From an uncultured euryarchaeote (GTDB lineage: Archaea; Thermoplasmatota; Poseidoniia; Poseidoniales; Poseidoniaceae), in NCBI GenBank assembly GCA_937899865.1, contig CALBRH010000001.1, forward strand, positions 1 through 64,000: DNA of 64,000 nucleotides, in the 5' to 3' direction. Positions 18,652-26,726 of this stretch are shown here, in pieces. A program made the position numbers and the translations under genes. Positions within the stretch are counted from its first letter, which is position 1. Each line of letters opens with the position of its first letter. The notes beneath the pieces were generated by a model. That model was given only the letters and a program-made list of their open reading frames with translations, was not told the origin of the DNA and ran no database searches.

Positions 18652-20768
18652 ACCAAGTTAGGCTGGGATGACTTTTCAGAAATTTCAGCAGTAATATTTG
18701 TTATGAACTCATCTAGAGCAATATCAGCTACCTGTTCTCCACTACGGGCTCTTAAGCTAACTGTATTATTTTCAGCCTCTCCATCTCCAAGAATAACCAT
18801 GTAGGCTGGGTGGAGTTTTCGATGAGTTCTAATTTTCTTGCCAATAGTATCGTCGCCATCATCAATTTCAACTCTAATACCAAATTCTCTCAGTTTTTCT
18901 GCAACGAAGTTAGCGTATTCAGTGTGTTTTTGTGAGATTGTCAGTATGTGGCATTGAGTAGGTGAAAGCCAGGTTGGGAAACGGCCAGCAAAATGTTCTA
19001 TCAACACTCCACAGAATCTTTCCATGGAACCAAATGGTGCTCGATGAATCATCACTGGGCGATGTAATTCGCCATCTGAGCCTTTGTAAGTTAAATCAAA
19101 ACGCTCAGGAAGGTTGTAATCTACTTGAACAGTTCCAAGTTGCCATTCTCTTCCAATTACATCCTTAACCACGAAGTCGATCTTTGGACCATAAAATGCA
19201 GCTTCACCTTCTTCTTCTGACCAATCTACGCCAAGTGATGCAGCCGCATCACGACACGCTTGCTCTGCCTTATCCCATCGTTTGGGGTCGCCAACATATT
19301 TTGTAGAATCAGGGTCTCTAAGTCCGACTCTTACTCGATAATCAGTCATTCCTAATTTGTCAAAAATAATCTGTACAAGTTCAATGCACCCAAGCACTTC
19401 TTGAGCAATCTGGTCTTCTGTTACAAATAAATGAGCATCATCTTGAGTAAATCCACGGACTCTTGTCATTCCAGAGATTTCACCTGATTGCTCCCATCGA
19501 TAAACTGTGCCAAATTCTGCTAGTCGTAAAGGTAAATCTCGATATGATCTTGCTTGTGAAGCATAAATCTTGACATGGTGAGGGCAATTCATAGGCTTGA
19601 GCATATAGCCATCAATTTCTCCAGTTTTCATTAGGTTAGATAGTTCAGAACACGAGCATCCTTCATCTGATAATTTTTTCATCAAATCTTTCTCAACCAA
19701 TGGCGGGTATTGCGAATCTTGGTAATATGGAAAGTGACCCGATGTCCGATACAAGTCAAGTTTCCCAATATGTGGAGTAAATACTTGTGAGTATCCTTGT
19801 CTTGTTAAGTGCTCACCGATAAAGTTCTGTAACTCTTGTCGCACAATTGCTCCTCTTGGTGTCCACAAAATCAGGCCTTGACCGACTTCTTCATCAATAT
19901 GGAAAAGTTGTAAATCTCGCCCAAGCTTTCTGTGATCACGCTTCTTTGCTTCTTCCATTCTGTGTAAGGTTTGTTTGAGAGCTTCTTTCGTAGGTTCTAC
20001 AATACCATAAATTCGAACTAATTGTTCTCTATCTTGGTCACCTCGCCAATAAGCTGATGACACACTGGTTAATTTACAAAACATCAATTTAGCAGTGCTT
20101 GCAACGTGTGGCCCCAGACATAAGTCATACCAATCACCTTGTTTGTAAATAGTTGAACCAGTTCCTTCTCCGATTTTGTCTTCAATGATTTCAATTTTGT
20201 AAGGGTTAGAAGCAAAGTGTTCTCTTAATTCTTGGTCCCCGAGTTCAACTCTTTCAACAGTTAGATTTCTCCGAGCAAGCTCTTGCATTTTTTTCTGAAT
20301 CGGCTTTAAATCTGCTTCTGTGATTGGTTCCATAGCAAAATCATAGTAAAATCCTCTATCTATGGCAGGTCCAATTGTTGGTTTTGCATCTGGATAAAGC
20401 TCCATCACTGCTTGGGCTAAAAGGTGTGCAGTACTATGTCTTAAGATGTGCATACCAGAATCAGATTCAGCCTTAATCCCCTCAATTTCACATGAGTGAT
20501 GAATCTCATAAGACATATCTCTTTCATGGCCATCAACCAATGCTGCAAGGCAGCCATTTTTCTTTCCAAGCACATCGGTAATAACTTCAGAACATGTGAT
20601 GCCTGCAGCATATTCATTGACATTTCCATCAGGTAAAGTGATGTTAATCAGTGTCAAATTAGCCCCTCCTATACTTGCCGGAAGTACCAACCCTTCATCA
20701 ATTTCGCGATTCAAATTACTATTCAGCATGTTATTTTTTACCAATTTACGCCTAACTGATTGAATCAA
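18648..20768 (-). CDS. thrS: Threonyl-tRNA synthetase, bacterial type (TGS + SAD editing domain); true start probably downstream, e.g. ATG 20729
   Basis: HILRHSTAH, DLCLGPH, RDHRKLG, KPMNCPHH, TRVRGFTQDDAH, FYGPKID, HRAPFGSMERF. Confidence 0.97.
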   Translation of the reverse strand: MIQSVRRKLVKNNMLNSNLNREIDEGLVLPASIGGANLTLINITLPDGNVNEYAAGITCSEVITDVLGKKNGCLAALVDGHERDMSYEIHHSCEIEGIKAESDSGMHILRHSTAHLLAQAVMELYPDAKPTIGPAIDRGFYYDFAMEPITEADLKPIQKKMQELARRNLTVERVELGDQELREHFASNPYKIEIIEDKIGEGTGSTIYKQGDWYDLCLGPHVASTAKLMFCKLTSVSSAYWRGDQDREQLVRIYGIVEPTKEALKQTLHRMEEAKKRDHRKLGRDLQLFHIDEEVGQGLILWTPRGAIVRQELQNFIGEHLTRQGYSQVFTPHIGKLDLYRTSGHFPYYQDSQYPPLVEKDLMKKLSDEGCSCSELSNLMKTGEIDGYMLKPMNCPHHVKIYASQARSYRDLPLRLAEFGTVYRWEQSGEISGMTRVRGFTQDDAHLFVTEDQIAQEVLGCIELVQIIFDKLGMTDYRVRVGLRDPDSTKYVGDPKRWDKAEQACRDAAASLGVDWSEEEGEAAFYGPKIDFVVKDVIGREWQLGTVQVDYNLPERFDLTYKGSDGELHRPVMIHRAPFGSMERFCGVLIEHFAGRFPTWLSPTQCHILTISQKHTEYANFVAEKLREFGIRVEIDDGDDTIGKKIRTHRKLHPAYMVILGDGEAENNTVSLRARSGEQVADIALDEFITNITAEISEKSSQPNLV

Positions 20769-20834
20769 ATAATCATGATTTTTGTTAAACAGGATTCCAC
20801 AAGTATTGAAGAGTAGTAGGTATACAATATCATC

Positions 20835-23800
20835 ATGGCAAAATCCCGCAGGCTCATTGGCACAGTTCTTCTTCTCCTCTTAATGCCACTATTCTTACCG
20901 GTTGTATCGGCGGATGGTATGCCACAGCAACCTCAAATAAACACGTTATGGCTTGCTAATGAATTTGGTGAAAATAACCATGCTTATCGAGTTACTTTTG
21001 CTGATGGAGAATCGTATCAAGCCGTGATAGATGTTGAACATGAAAGGGCAGGAGAAGATTTAGATGTTGAGATTCTTCAATCGTGGGATCTAGTTGATGG
21101 ATTTAGAATATTAGATATTCAACTTAACACTAGTTTAGATTGGAATGATATTATCACGGTATCAGTTTCAATAACTCATTATGCTGAACAAGAATTAGAT
21201 GAGCCTATGATGGTAGAACGTGAATTTGAGGTTGGAACTTGGAATCAACCTATGGATGATCATGAAATAATGCTCGAAACAACATGGTTACTCGATCAAA
21301 TATACAACACCTCTGAAGGGCCTCAAGGATTCAACCTGAATTTTACTGGTCAAGGCTGGCAACAGAGAATTGGTGATACTATCGAATCATGGGAACTCGG
21401 TAATGGTAGTATTTCATTTCTTGAATCAACAGATTTAGGTAGCAATAATTTGTCACTTGATTTAGAATCGATTTGGAAGAACGAAACCATACAGAGTGGA
21501 ATTTTAACTTCACAAGTGTTTGAAGCGGTTGGCTCTGGAGTATTGCATATTATTTCTATGGAAGATGATGTAAATACATCAATAATTGTAGAAGTAACAA
21601 ATGCCGAATTGAATCGTTCGATTATCAATCAAGTAATTTCAGAGCGACTAAAAATTGATGCTAATGGAGTATTAAACATAAGTTCTCAAGAAAGTGAAAA
21701 CTCATCCTTTGCAGTTAATGGTGACATCGGTGTTTTTTATCTCGAAACTTGGGATGAAAATGGAGTAAGGAGATTCTATGACCAAAGGTTTGAGGCTATT
21801 GCAGATATGATAATTATTGATGATGGTTCAAGACTTGACATAGATGTAAACACTTTGAATTCTGGAGAAACATGGAATGATGGTGTAAGAACTAGTCAGA
21901 TTGAGGAGGTTGTAGGTTCTGGGACATTCGGTTTTTCAGAGAGCGATAATGAATCCTCGGTAAATGTAAATGGTACAATTTATCAGTTTCATACCAAGTC
22001 AGAACAAGGAATAACTTTAGTTGATGATATTCATATTGATGGGGTGATTACTGGAGATGTTCAAGGCGATTTTGGAGTTGTTAGAGGCATAGAATTGACA
22101 GGAATGCAGGCTAATGCTACAGGAATTGAATTCCCAGTTAATGTAATTCATGAAGAATCTTGGTTCAATTTAACTGGTATAAATGGTGGCAATTTTTTCG
22201 ATGGAGCAGGAATCGGGGCGACACACAATCAAACTTGGGATTATCAGGTAATTTACTCAGATTGGGAGAATCGAACGGTACGTCTAGTGTGGGAGGAATC
22301 GGGGGCAGATTCCTCAAGTGGTGAAGAATTCCCAGAAAGAAGTCCAATTGAAAAGGAACCAGAACCACCTGAAGTTGAGGAAGCACTTGGTAATTTAACC
22401 GTTAGTAGAGAGACTGGTTTGATGCCTATACCGATGCATCCAGGAGATAAGATTAGATTGGATGGTCAAGAAGGACTGACACTTGTTGTAACAGCAGAAG
22501 CAGTGACGAATGATCCAAGGGATGGTCATAATTTCCATGTCGTATCTTGGTCTGGCGTCTATGAAGGGAGTGAATCTGGTACTGCAACAGGAGCGATAAT
22601 TGATGAGGGCCCATTGAAGGGTTTGATTTCGAGTGTTTCGAGAGTATTAGCTATACCATTTGGTGAAGAAGGAAACCTTGCGAACTTTACAGAAACTCAA
22701 TTATTGACTAGGGTAATATCACCTGCAGTTGTTACGGCTGAAGAAAATTCTGCACCTATAATTTCTGGGCTTTACTTACTCGAGGGATTAGTAGTTTCAG
22801 AGGGCGGTAGTGTTGCAACCCTAGTTGCCGAAGTAAGTGATGTAGATTGGAATCTTGAACAGGTAACCGTTGACTTGACCCCTATCGGTGGTTCAATAGT
22901 TGTAATGAATGATAGAGGGATTGATGGCGACGCTGCTATTGGCGATGACAAATACTCAACATTGATTGTAGTACCTGGTTTAGAAGTCGGTGACTTCACA
23001 TTGGCTATCGAAGCACAAGATTCGTTTGACAGCATTAGTTCATCTACGGGACAGATAACAGTTGTCAATCAAGCACCGAGGCTCACAAGTGCCGAGATTT
23101 TACCCAATCAAGGCCCTAGAGGTACTAACATGGTTGTCAATGTTGAAGCCTATGATGGACATGGTGTATCCGAAATCAGTATAGATTTACAAGAATATGG
23201 TGGTGGATTGTTTGAGTTGGTGGAAAACTCGGGAATTTGGACAACCATGTTGATAGTGCCCGAGGGCATGTCGCCAGGAAAACAAACATTGGAATTTGTA
23301 ACTGTTGACGGATTAGGAAAAGTAGGTCTAAACACTGTTTGGCTCAACGGGCAAAGAAGCACTTCACATCCATATGGGCCACACTTTATCCCTGATGATG
23401 AAGCAATACCAATTGAGATCACAGTGGAAAATTCACCACCATTATTTAACATTCCAAGTCCAATAAAATATACTCGTCCAGAGTCTTCAACTACAGTTGT
23501 CTTTGAAGTTGAAATTTTAGATTCCGATGGAATTACTAATGCTAGAGCAAATCTAGGTGTCTTTGCGCCTTTGAGTGCTCAAACCGGATGGGTAGTTATG
23601 AATGATAATGGAATAAATGGAGATGCAGTTCCAGGTGATGGGATTTATTCTGTTGAACTATCTTTACGTACAAGTACGCCTATTGGAACTCATGAAATTC
23701 TAATTCAAGCAATTGATGGTTTTGATGTTGCAACACCAATTACTCCAGTTTCGGTAATTGTTGTAGAAGAATCGAGTTTAGTCCCTAGTTTAGATAGTGA

Positions 23801-23930
23801 TACATTATCATCATCTGTTTTGATAGTGATTTTAATCGGATTCACTATGGTTGCAGGAATCTCAGTATTCTTTTTGATGCGAAAAGGGAAAGATAAGGAA
23901 TACTTAGAAGATAGGTTTGGCTTTGAATAG
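20835..23930 (+). CDS. Large secreted acidic beta-rich surface protein with two choice-of-anchor-X-like motifs and a C-terminal membrane anchor
   Basis: Signal peptide, Asp/Glu/Gly-rich body, MNDRGIDGDAAIGDDKYS and MNDNGINGDAVPGDGIYS, C-terminal TM followed by RKGKDK. Confidence 0.75.
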   Translation: MAKSRRLIGTVLLLLLMPLFLPVVSADGMPQQPQINTLWLANEFGENNHAYRVTFADGESYQAVIDVEHERAGEDLDVEILQSWDLVDGFRILDIQLNTSLDWNDIITVSVSITHYAEQELDEPMMVEREFEVGTWNQPMDDHEIMLETTWLLDQIYNTSEGPQGFNLNFTGQGWQQRIGDTIESWELGNGSISFLESTDLGSNNLSLDLESIWKNETIQSGILTSQVFEAVGSGVLHIISMEDDVNTSIIVEVTNAELNRSIINQVISERLKIDANGVLNISSQESENSSFAVNGDIGVFYLETWDENGVRRFYDQRFEAIADMIIIDDGSRLDIDVNTLNSGETWNDGVRTSQIEEVVGSGTFGFSESDNESSVNVNGTIYQFHTKSEQGITLVDDIHIDGVITGDVQGDFGVVRGIELTGMQANATGIEFPVNVIHEESWFNLTGINGGNFFDGAGIGATHNQTWDYQVIYSDWENRTVRLVWEESGADSSSGEEFPERSPIEKEPEPPEVEEALGNLTVSRETGLMPIPMHPGDKIRLDGQEGLTLVVTAEAVTNDPRDGHNFHVVSWSGVYEGSESGTATGAIIDEGPLKGLISSVSRVLAIPFGEEGNLANFTETQLLTRVISPAVVTAEENSAPIISGLYLLEGLVVSEGGSVATLVAEVSDVDWNLEQVTVDLTPIGGSIVVMNDRGIDGDAAIGDDKYSTLIVVPGLEVGDFTLAIEAQDSFDSISSSTGQITVVNQAPRLTSAEILPNQGPRGTNMVVNVEAYDGHGVSEISIDLQEYGGGLFELVENSGIWTTMLIVPEGMSPGKQTLEFVTVDGLGKVGLNTVWLNGQRSTSHPYGPHFIPDDEAIPIEITVENSPPLFNIPSPIKYTRPESSTTVVFEVEILDSDGITNARANLGVFAPLSAQTGWVVMNDNGINGDAVPGDGIYSVELSLRTSTPIGTHEILIQAIDGFDVATPITPVSVIVVEESSLVPSLDSDTLSSSVLIVILIGFTMVAGISVFFLMRKGKDKEYLEDRFGFE

Positions 23931-23948
23931 GCCAATTTCCGATAACGG

Positions 23949-23954
23949 TTTATA
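23949..23954 (+). promoter_or_regulatory. Archaeal TATA box of tRNA-Gly
   Basis: TTTATA begins 32 nt upstream of the tRNA 5' end. Confidence 0.6.
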
Positions 23955-23980
23955 CCCCTGTTTGGTGGGAGGGCTACATA

Positions 23981-24055
23981 GCGAGCGTAGTGTAGTGGTT
24001 ATCACCGGGCGTTGCCAACGCCTGAACCCGGGTTCGAGTCCCGGCGCTCGCACCA
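23981..24055 (+). tRNA. tRNA-Gly(GCC) with encoded CCA
   Basis: Acceptor stem GCGAGCG/CGCTCGC, anticodon arm GGGCG-TTGCCAA-CGCCT, T-loop GGTTCGAGTCC, 3' ACCA. Confidence 0.97.
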
Positions 24056-24119
24056 TATTGACTGATTTTGGTTAAGTAACATTTAACCGTAGAATGATTA
24101 TGGCATAACAGGGTTAAGC

Positions 24120-24443
24120 ATGACTGACAGACGAACAATATTCATCGGCAAGAAACCATTACACGCATATGTAAGAGCAGTTGTAATGGCTATGGAATTA
24201 GGCGATCGTAACCTAGAATTGGTGGCTCGCGGCGCTACTATTGGTAGAGCCGTTGACGTTGCAGAAGTCTGTCGTCGCAGAAATGGTATAATCGCACAGG
24301 GACTACCAGAAGAAGTGGTCATAGGAGAAATCACTTGTGAAAGTGAAGTAATCCCTTCTGAGGATGGTAGAGACCGTACTGTCAGTGTTCTAAGGATTGA
24401 ACTTGATGGCCATGGAAGTCTTCCTGAAAGCGAAGAAGAGTAA
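24120..24443 (+). CDS. albA: Alba DNA/RNA-binding protein
   Basis: IFIGKKP..YV, LVARG..I.RAVDVAE, VSVLRIEL. Confidence 0.9.
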   Translation: MTDRRTIFIGKKPLHAYVRAVVMAMELGDRNLELVARGATIGRAVDVAEVCRRRNGIIAQGLPEEVVIGEITCESEVIPSEDGRDRTVSVLRIELDGHGSLPESEEE

Positions 24444-24803
24444 TTAATCAAGCAAGGATATTCTACGCTCAATTTCTTTTGCAGTTTGTTCAAAAATTTC
24501 AAACGATTGACCTACAGGATCATCCAGTTCCCAATCTTGATCTATTTTAATTGCAGGGCATTGAACTCCACAACCCATTGAAATTACCAAATCAAATTCT
24601 TTAGGGTCGAATTGATCGAGGTTTTTGGGTTTCATTTCAGATGTATCAAAGCCTTTATTTTGCAGGATTGTTAATGCATGCAGAGAGACTTTTTTGGCAG
24701 GATGTGTTCCAGCAGAATGAGCGTCATGGCCATATAGTTTTGCAATTCCTTCAGCCATTTGCGAGCGGCAAGAATTTCCTACACAAACAAATAAAATTCG
24801 CAT
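24444..24803 (-). CDS. Low-molecular-weight PTPase/ArsC-like arsenate reductase family protein
   Basis: ILFVCVGNSCRSQMAEG P-loop, SAGT, WELDDP. Confidence 0.88.
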   Translation of the reverse strand: MRILFVCVGNSCRSQMAEGIAKLYGHDAHSAGTHPAKKVSLHALTILQNKGFDTSEMKPKNLDQFDPKEFDLVISMGCGVQCPAIKIDQDWELDDPVGQSFEIFEQTAKEIERRISLLD

Positions 24804-24894
24804 ATTTAGGACACTTAATGGGAATATTTAGATTATTTCTATTTAGAAACAGGCAGTATTATGACTATGCTTTTGCTGGAGTAATTGACCAACA

Positions 24895-25254
24895 ATGCTA
24901 TCCAAGTATCTTGCTACAATCTATTTCTGTATTTTGTTTGGTATATTATTTGTTTTACACATAGTATTTGCTGCTAACGATAATGACTTGATGTTTAGGA
25001 GTGTAGCTGTAATAATTAGTATAATGATATTTCTTTGTGGGCCAATCTGTGTTTTTTTTGAATCATCAAAGGAGAGGTACAAGTTTTCATTTATGTTAGG
25101 AATGACATTATCTTTGTTTTTATCGATAGGCCTTGGCTGGGCATACAATGATATGTCTATGGGTATCATTATGATTATTCTTCCAATATTATCGGTAGTA
25201 ATTCATTCTATCATCAAACAAAGTCCTATTGGATATACCTATGGGTTGAAGTAG
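24895..25254 (+). CDS. Hypothetical four-TM membrane protein
   Basis: 119-aa ORF with four hydrophobic segments, ending 20 nt before the mrp ATG; unusually AT-rich. Confidence 0.55.
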   Translation: MLSKYLATIYFCILFGILFVLHIVFAANDNDLMFRSVAVIISIMIFLCGPICVFFESSKERYKFSFMLGMTLSLFLSIGLGWAYNDMSMGIIMIILPILSVVIHSIIKQSPIGYTYGLK

Positions 25255-25274
25255 GATTGTTATTTGGAAATTTC

Positions 25275-26282
25275 ATGGCCGATTCACCGGTGACTACTCA
25301 TGACCCAAAAGGTGCAGCGTCACCAGAAGGACCCTCTGCTCAGCAACAAAAACAGATGGAGAGCGCTTATGCCAATATGAAGCGTAAGATGGCAATGCAA
25401 GAAATAGGTAAGAAAATTAAGCATAAGATCATGGTTCTATCTGGTAAAGGTGGAGTTGGAAAGTCAACAGTTTCTACCGGCTTAGCACTTTCTTTGGCTC
25501 AGCAAGGTCATACAGTTGGAATACTTGATATCGATATCACTGGCCCTAATGTCCCTAAAATGATGGGTTTAGATGGTAAGCGATTACATGTCGAACAGGG
25601 TAGAATCCATCCTGCTCAAGGTCATTTAGGCGTTAAAGTAATCTCAATGGCATTTTTACTCGAGGATGAAGATACTCCGGTTGTTTGGCGTGGTCCAATC
25701 AAACTTGGGGCAATTCAACAATTCATTGGAGATGTTGAATGGGGTGAATTGGATTATTTGGTTATCGATTTCCCACCTGGAACATCTGATGAACCACTAA
25801 CTGTAGCGCAATCCTTGCCTGACATTGATGGAATGGTGATTGTGACTACTCCACAAGATGTTGCATTACTTGATAGTAGGAAATCGATTACCTTTTCAGA
25901 ATCACTTAAGGTACCGGTTTTAGGAGTAGTTGAAAACATGAGTGGATATACAATTTCTGGCATTACAACTCCAGAGTCTAACTTAGAAATTTCTGGCCCA
26001 GGCGGAAAGAGACACAAAGTCGTTTCAGATGATGAAGGGAAATTCAGTGTTACTTTGGATATTTTCAAGCAAGGCGGAGGAAAATCCACTGCAGATGAAT
26101 TTGGCGTACCATTCCTTGGTGAGTTGCCATTTGACCCAGGATTTGTGCGCGGTGGTGATGACGGTGTACATCGAATTGTTAGCGACCCAGAAGGAGCATC
26201 TGCAATCGCCTTTGCCAAAGTTGTTGAAGCAATAAAAGCACAAATTGGGACTTCTAATGACCAGGGATTAGAGATTATTTGA
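25275..26282 (+). CDS. mrp: Mrp/NBP35 (ApbC) family P-loop ATPase lacking all cysteines
   Basis: SGKGGVGKST, DIDITGP, WRGP, DYLVIDFPPGTSD, VTTPQ, ENMS. The usual CPxC motif is absent. Confidence 0.92.
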   Translation: MADSPVTTHDPKGAASPEGPSAQQQKQMESAYANMKRKMAMQEIGKKIKHKIMVLSGKGGVGKSTVSTGLALSLAQQGHTVGILDIDITGPNVPKMMGLDGKRLHVEQGRIHPAQGHLGVKVISMAFLLEDEDTPVVWRGPIKLGAIQQFIGDVEWGELDYLVIDFPPGTSDEPLTVAQSLPDIDGMVIVTTPQDVALLDSRKSITFSESLKVPVLGVVENMSGYTISGITTPESNLEISGPGGKRHKVVSDDEGKFSVTLDIFKQGGGKSTADEFGVPFLGELPFDPGFVRGGDDGVHRIVSDPEGASAIAFAKVVEAIKAQIGTSNDQGLEII

Positions 26283-26292
26283 GGCTACTAAT

Positions 26293-26643
26293 ATGGCTGA
26301 AATTCCTGAATTAAAGCGACTAGAGCGTCGTGATACAGATTTGGAATTGACTTATGGAGATGGTTCAAAGTTTACTGTGACTTATGATGATTTGAGATAT
26401 GCATGTCCATGTGCAAAATGTTCACCTCTAAGAAATGATGATGAATCAAGTAAATCACTTCGCAGAGAGGTTGAGGCTATGTCTGCTGAAAAGCCCAAAG
26501 TTCGAATCGTCGGGAAATATGCATTGGGTTTTGAGTGGTCTCAAGGGTGCTCAAGTGGAATATATCGATTTGAAAGAATTTGGGCTTTAGCTAATAATCA
26601 AGATCCAGATGATGGTAGGGCTTATGTTCACGGTGTTTGGTAG
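26293..26643 (+). CDS. DUF971 (GBBH N-terminal-like) protein
   Basis: LRYACPCAKC, VGKYALGFEWSQGCSSGIY; directly downstream of mrp. Confidence 0.85.
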   Translation: MAEIPELKRLERRDTDLELTYGDGSKFTVTYDDLRYACPCAKCSPLRNDDESSKSLRREVEAMSAEKPKVRIVGKYALGFEWSQGCSSGIYRFERIWALANNQDPDDGRAYVHGVW

Positions 26644-26726
26644 TATTAGAAACCACATTTTTCGTCCTTAAGTAGGCGAGGGTTTGATGTATAATCGTAT
26701 AAACGGAAATTTGGAGAGAACCGAGT

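Noticed and set aside
24070-24088. GGTTAA-N7-TTAACC inverted repeat upstream of alba
   Set aside because: A 6-bp AT-rich stem is plausible by chance, and there is no independent support.
23981-25254. Island integrated at tRNA-Gly
   Set aside because: No integrase or duplicated tRNA 3' end was seen, and the downstream gene is the core gene alba.
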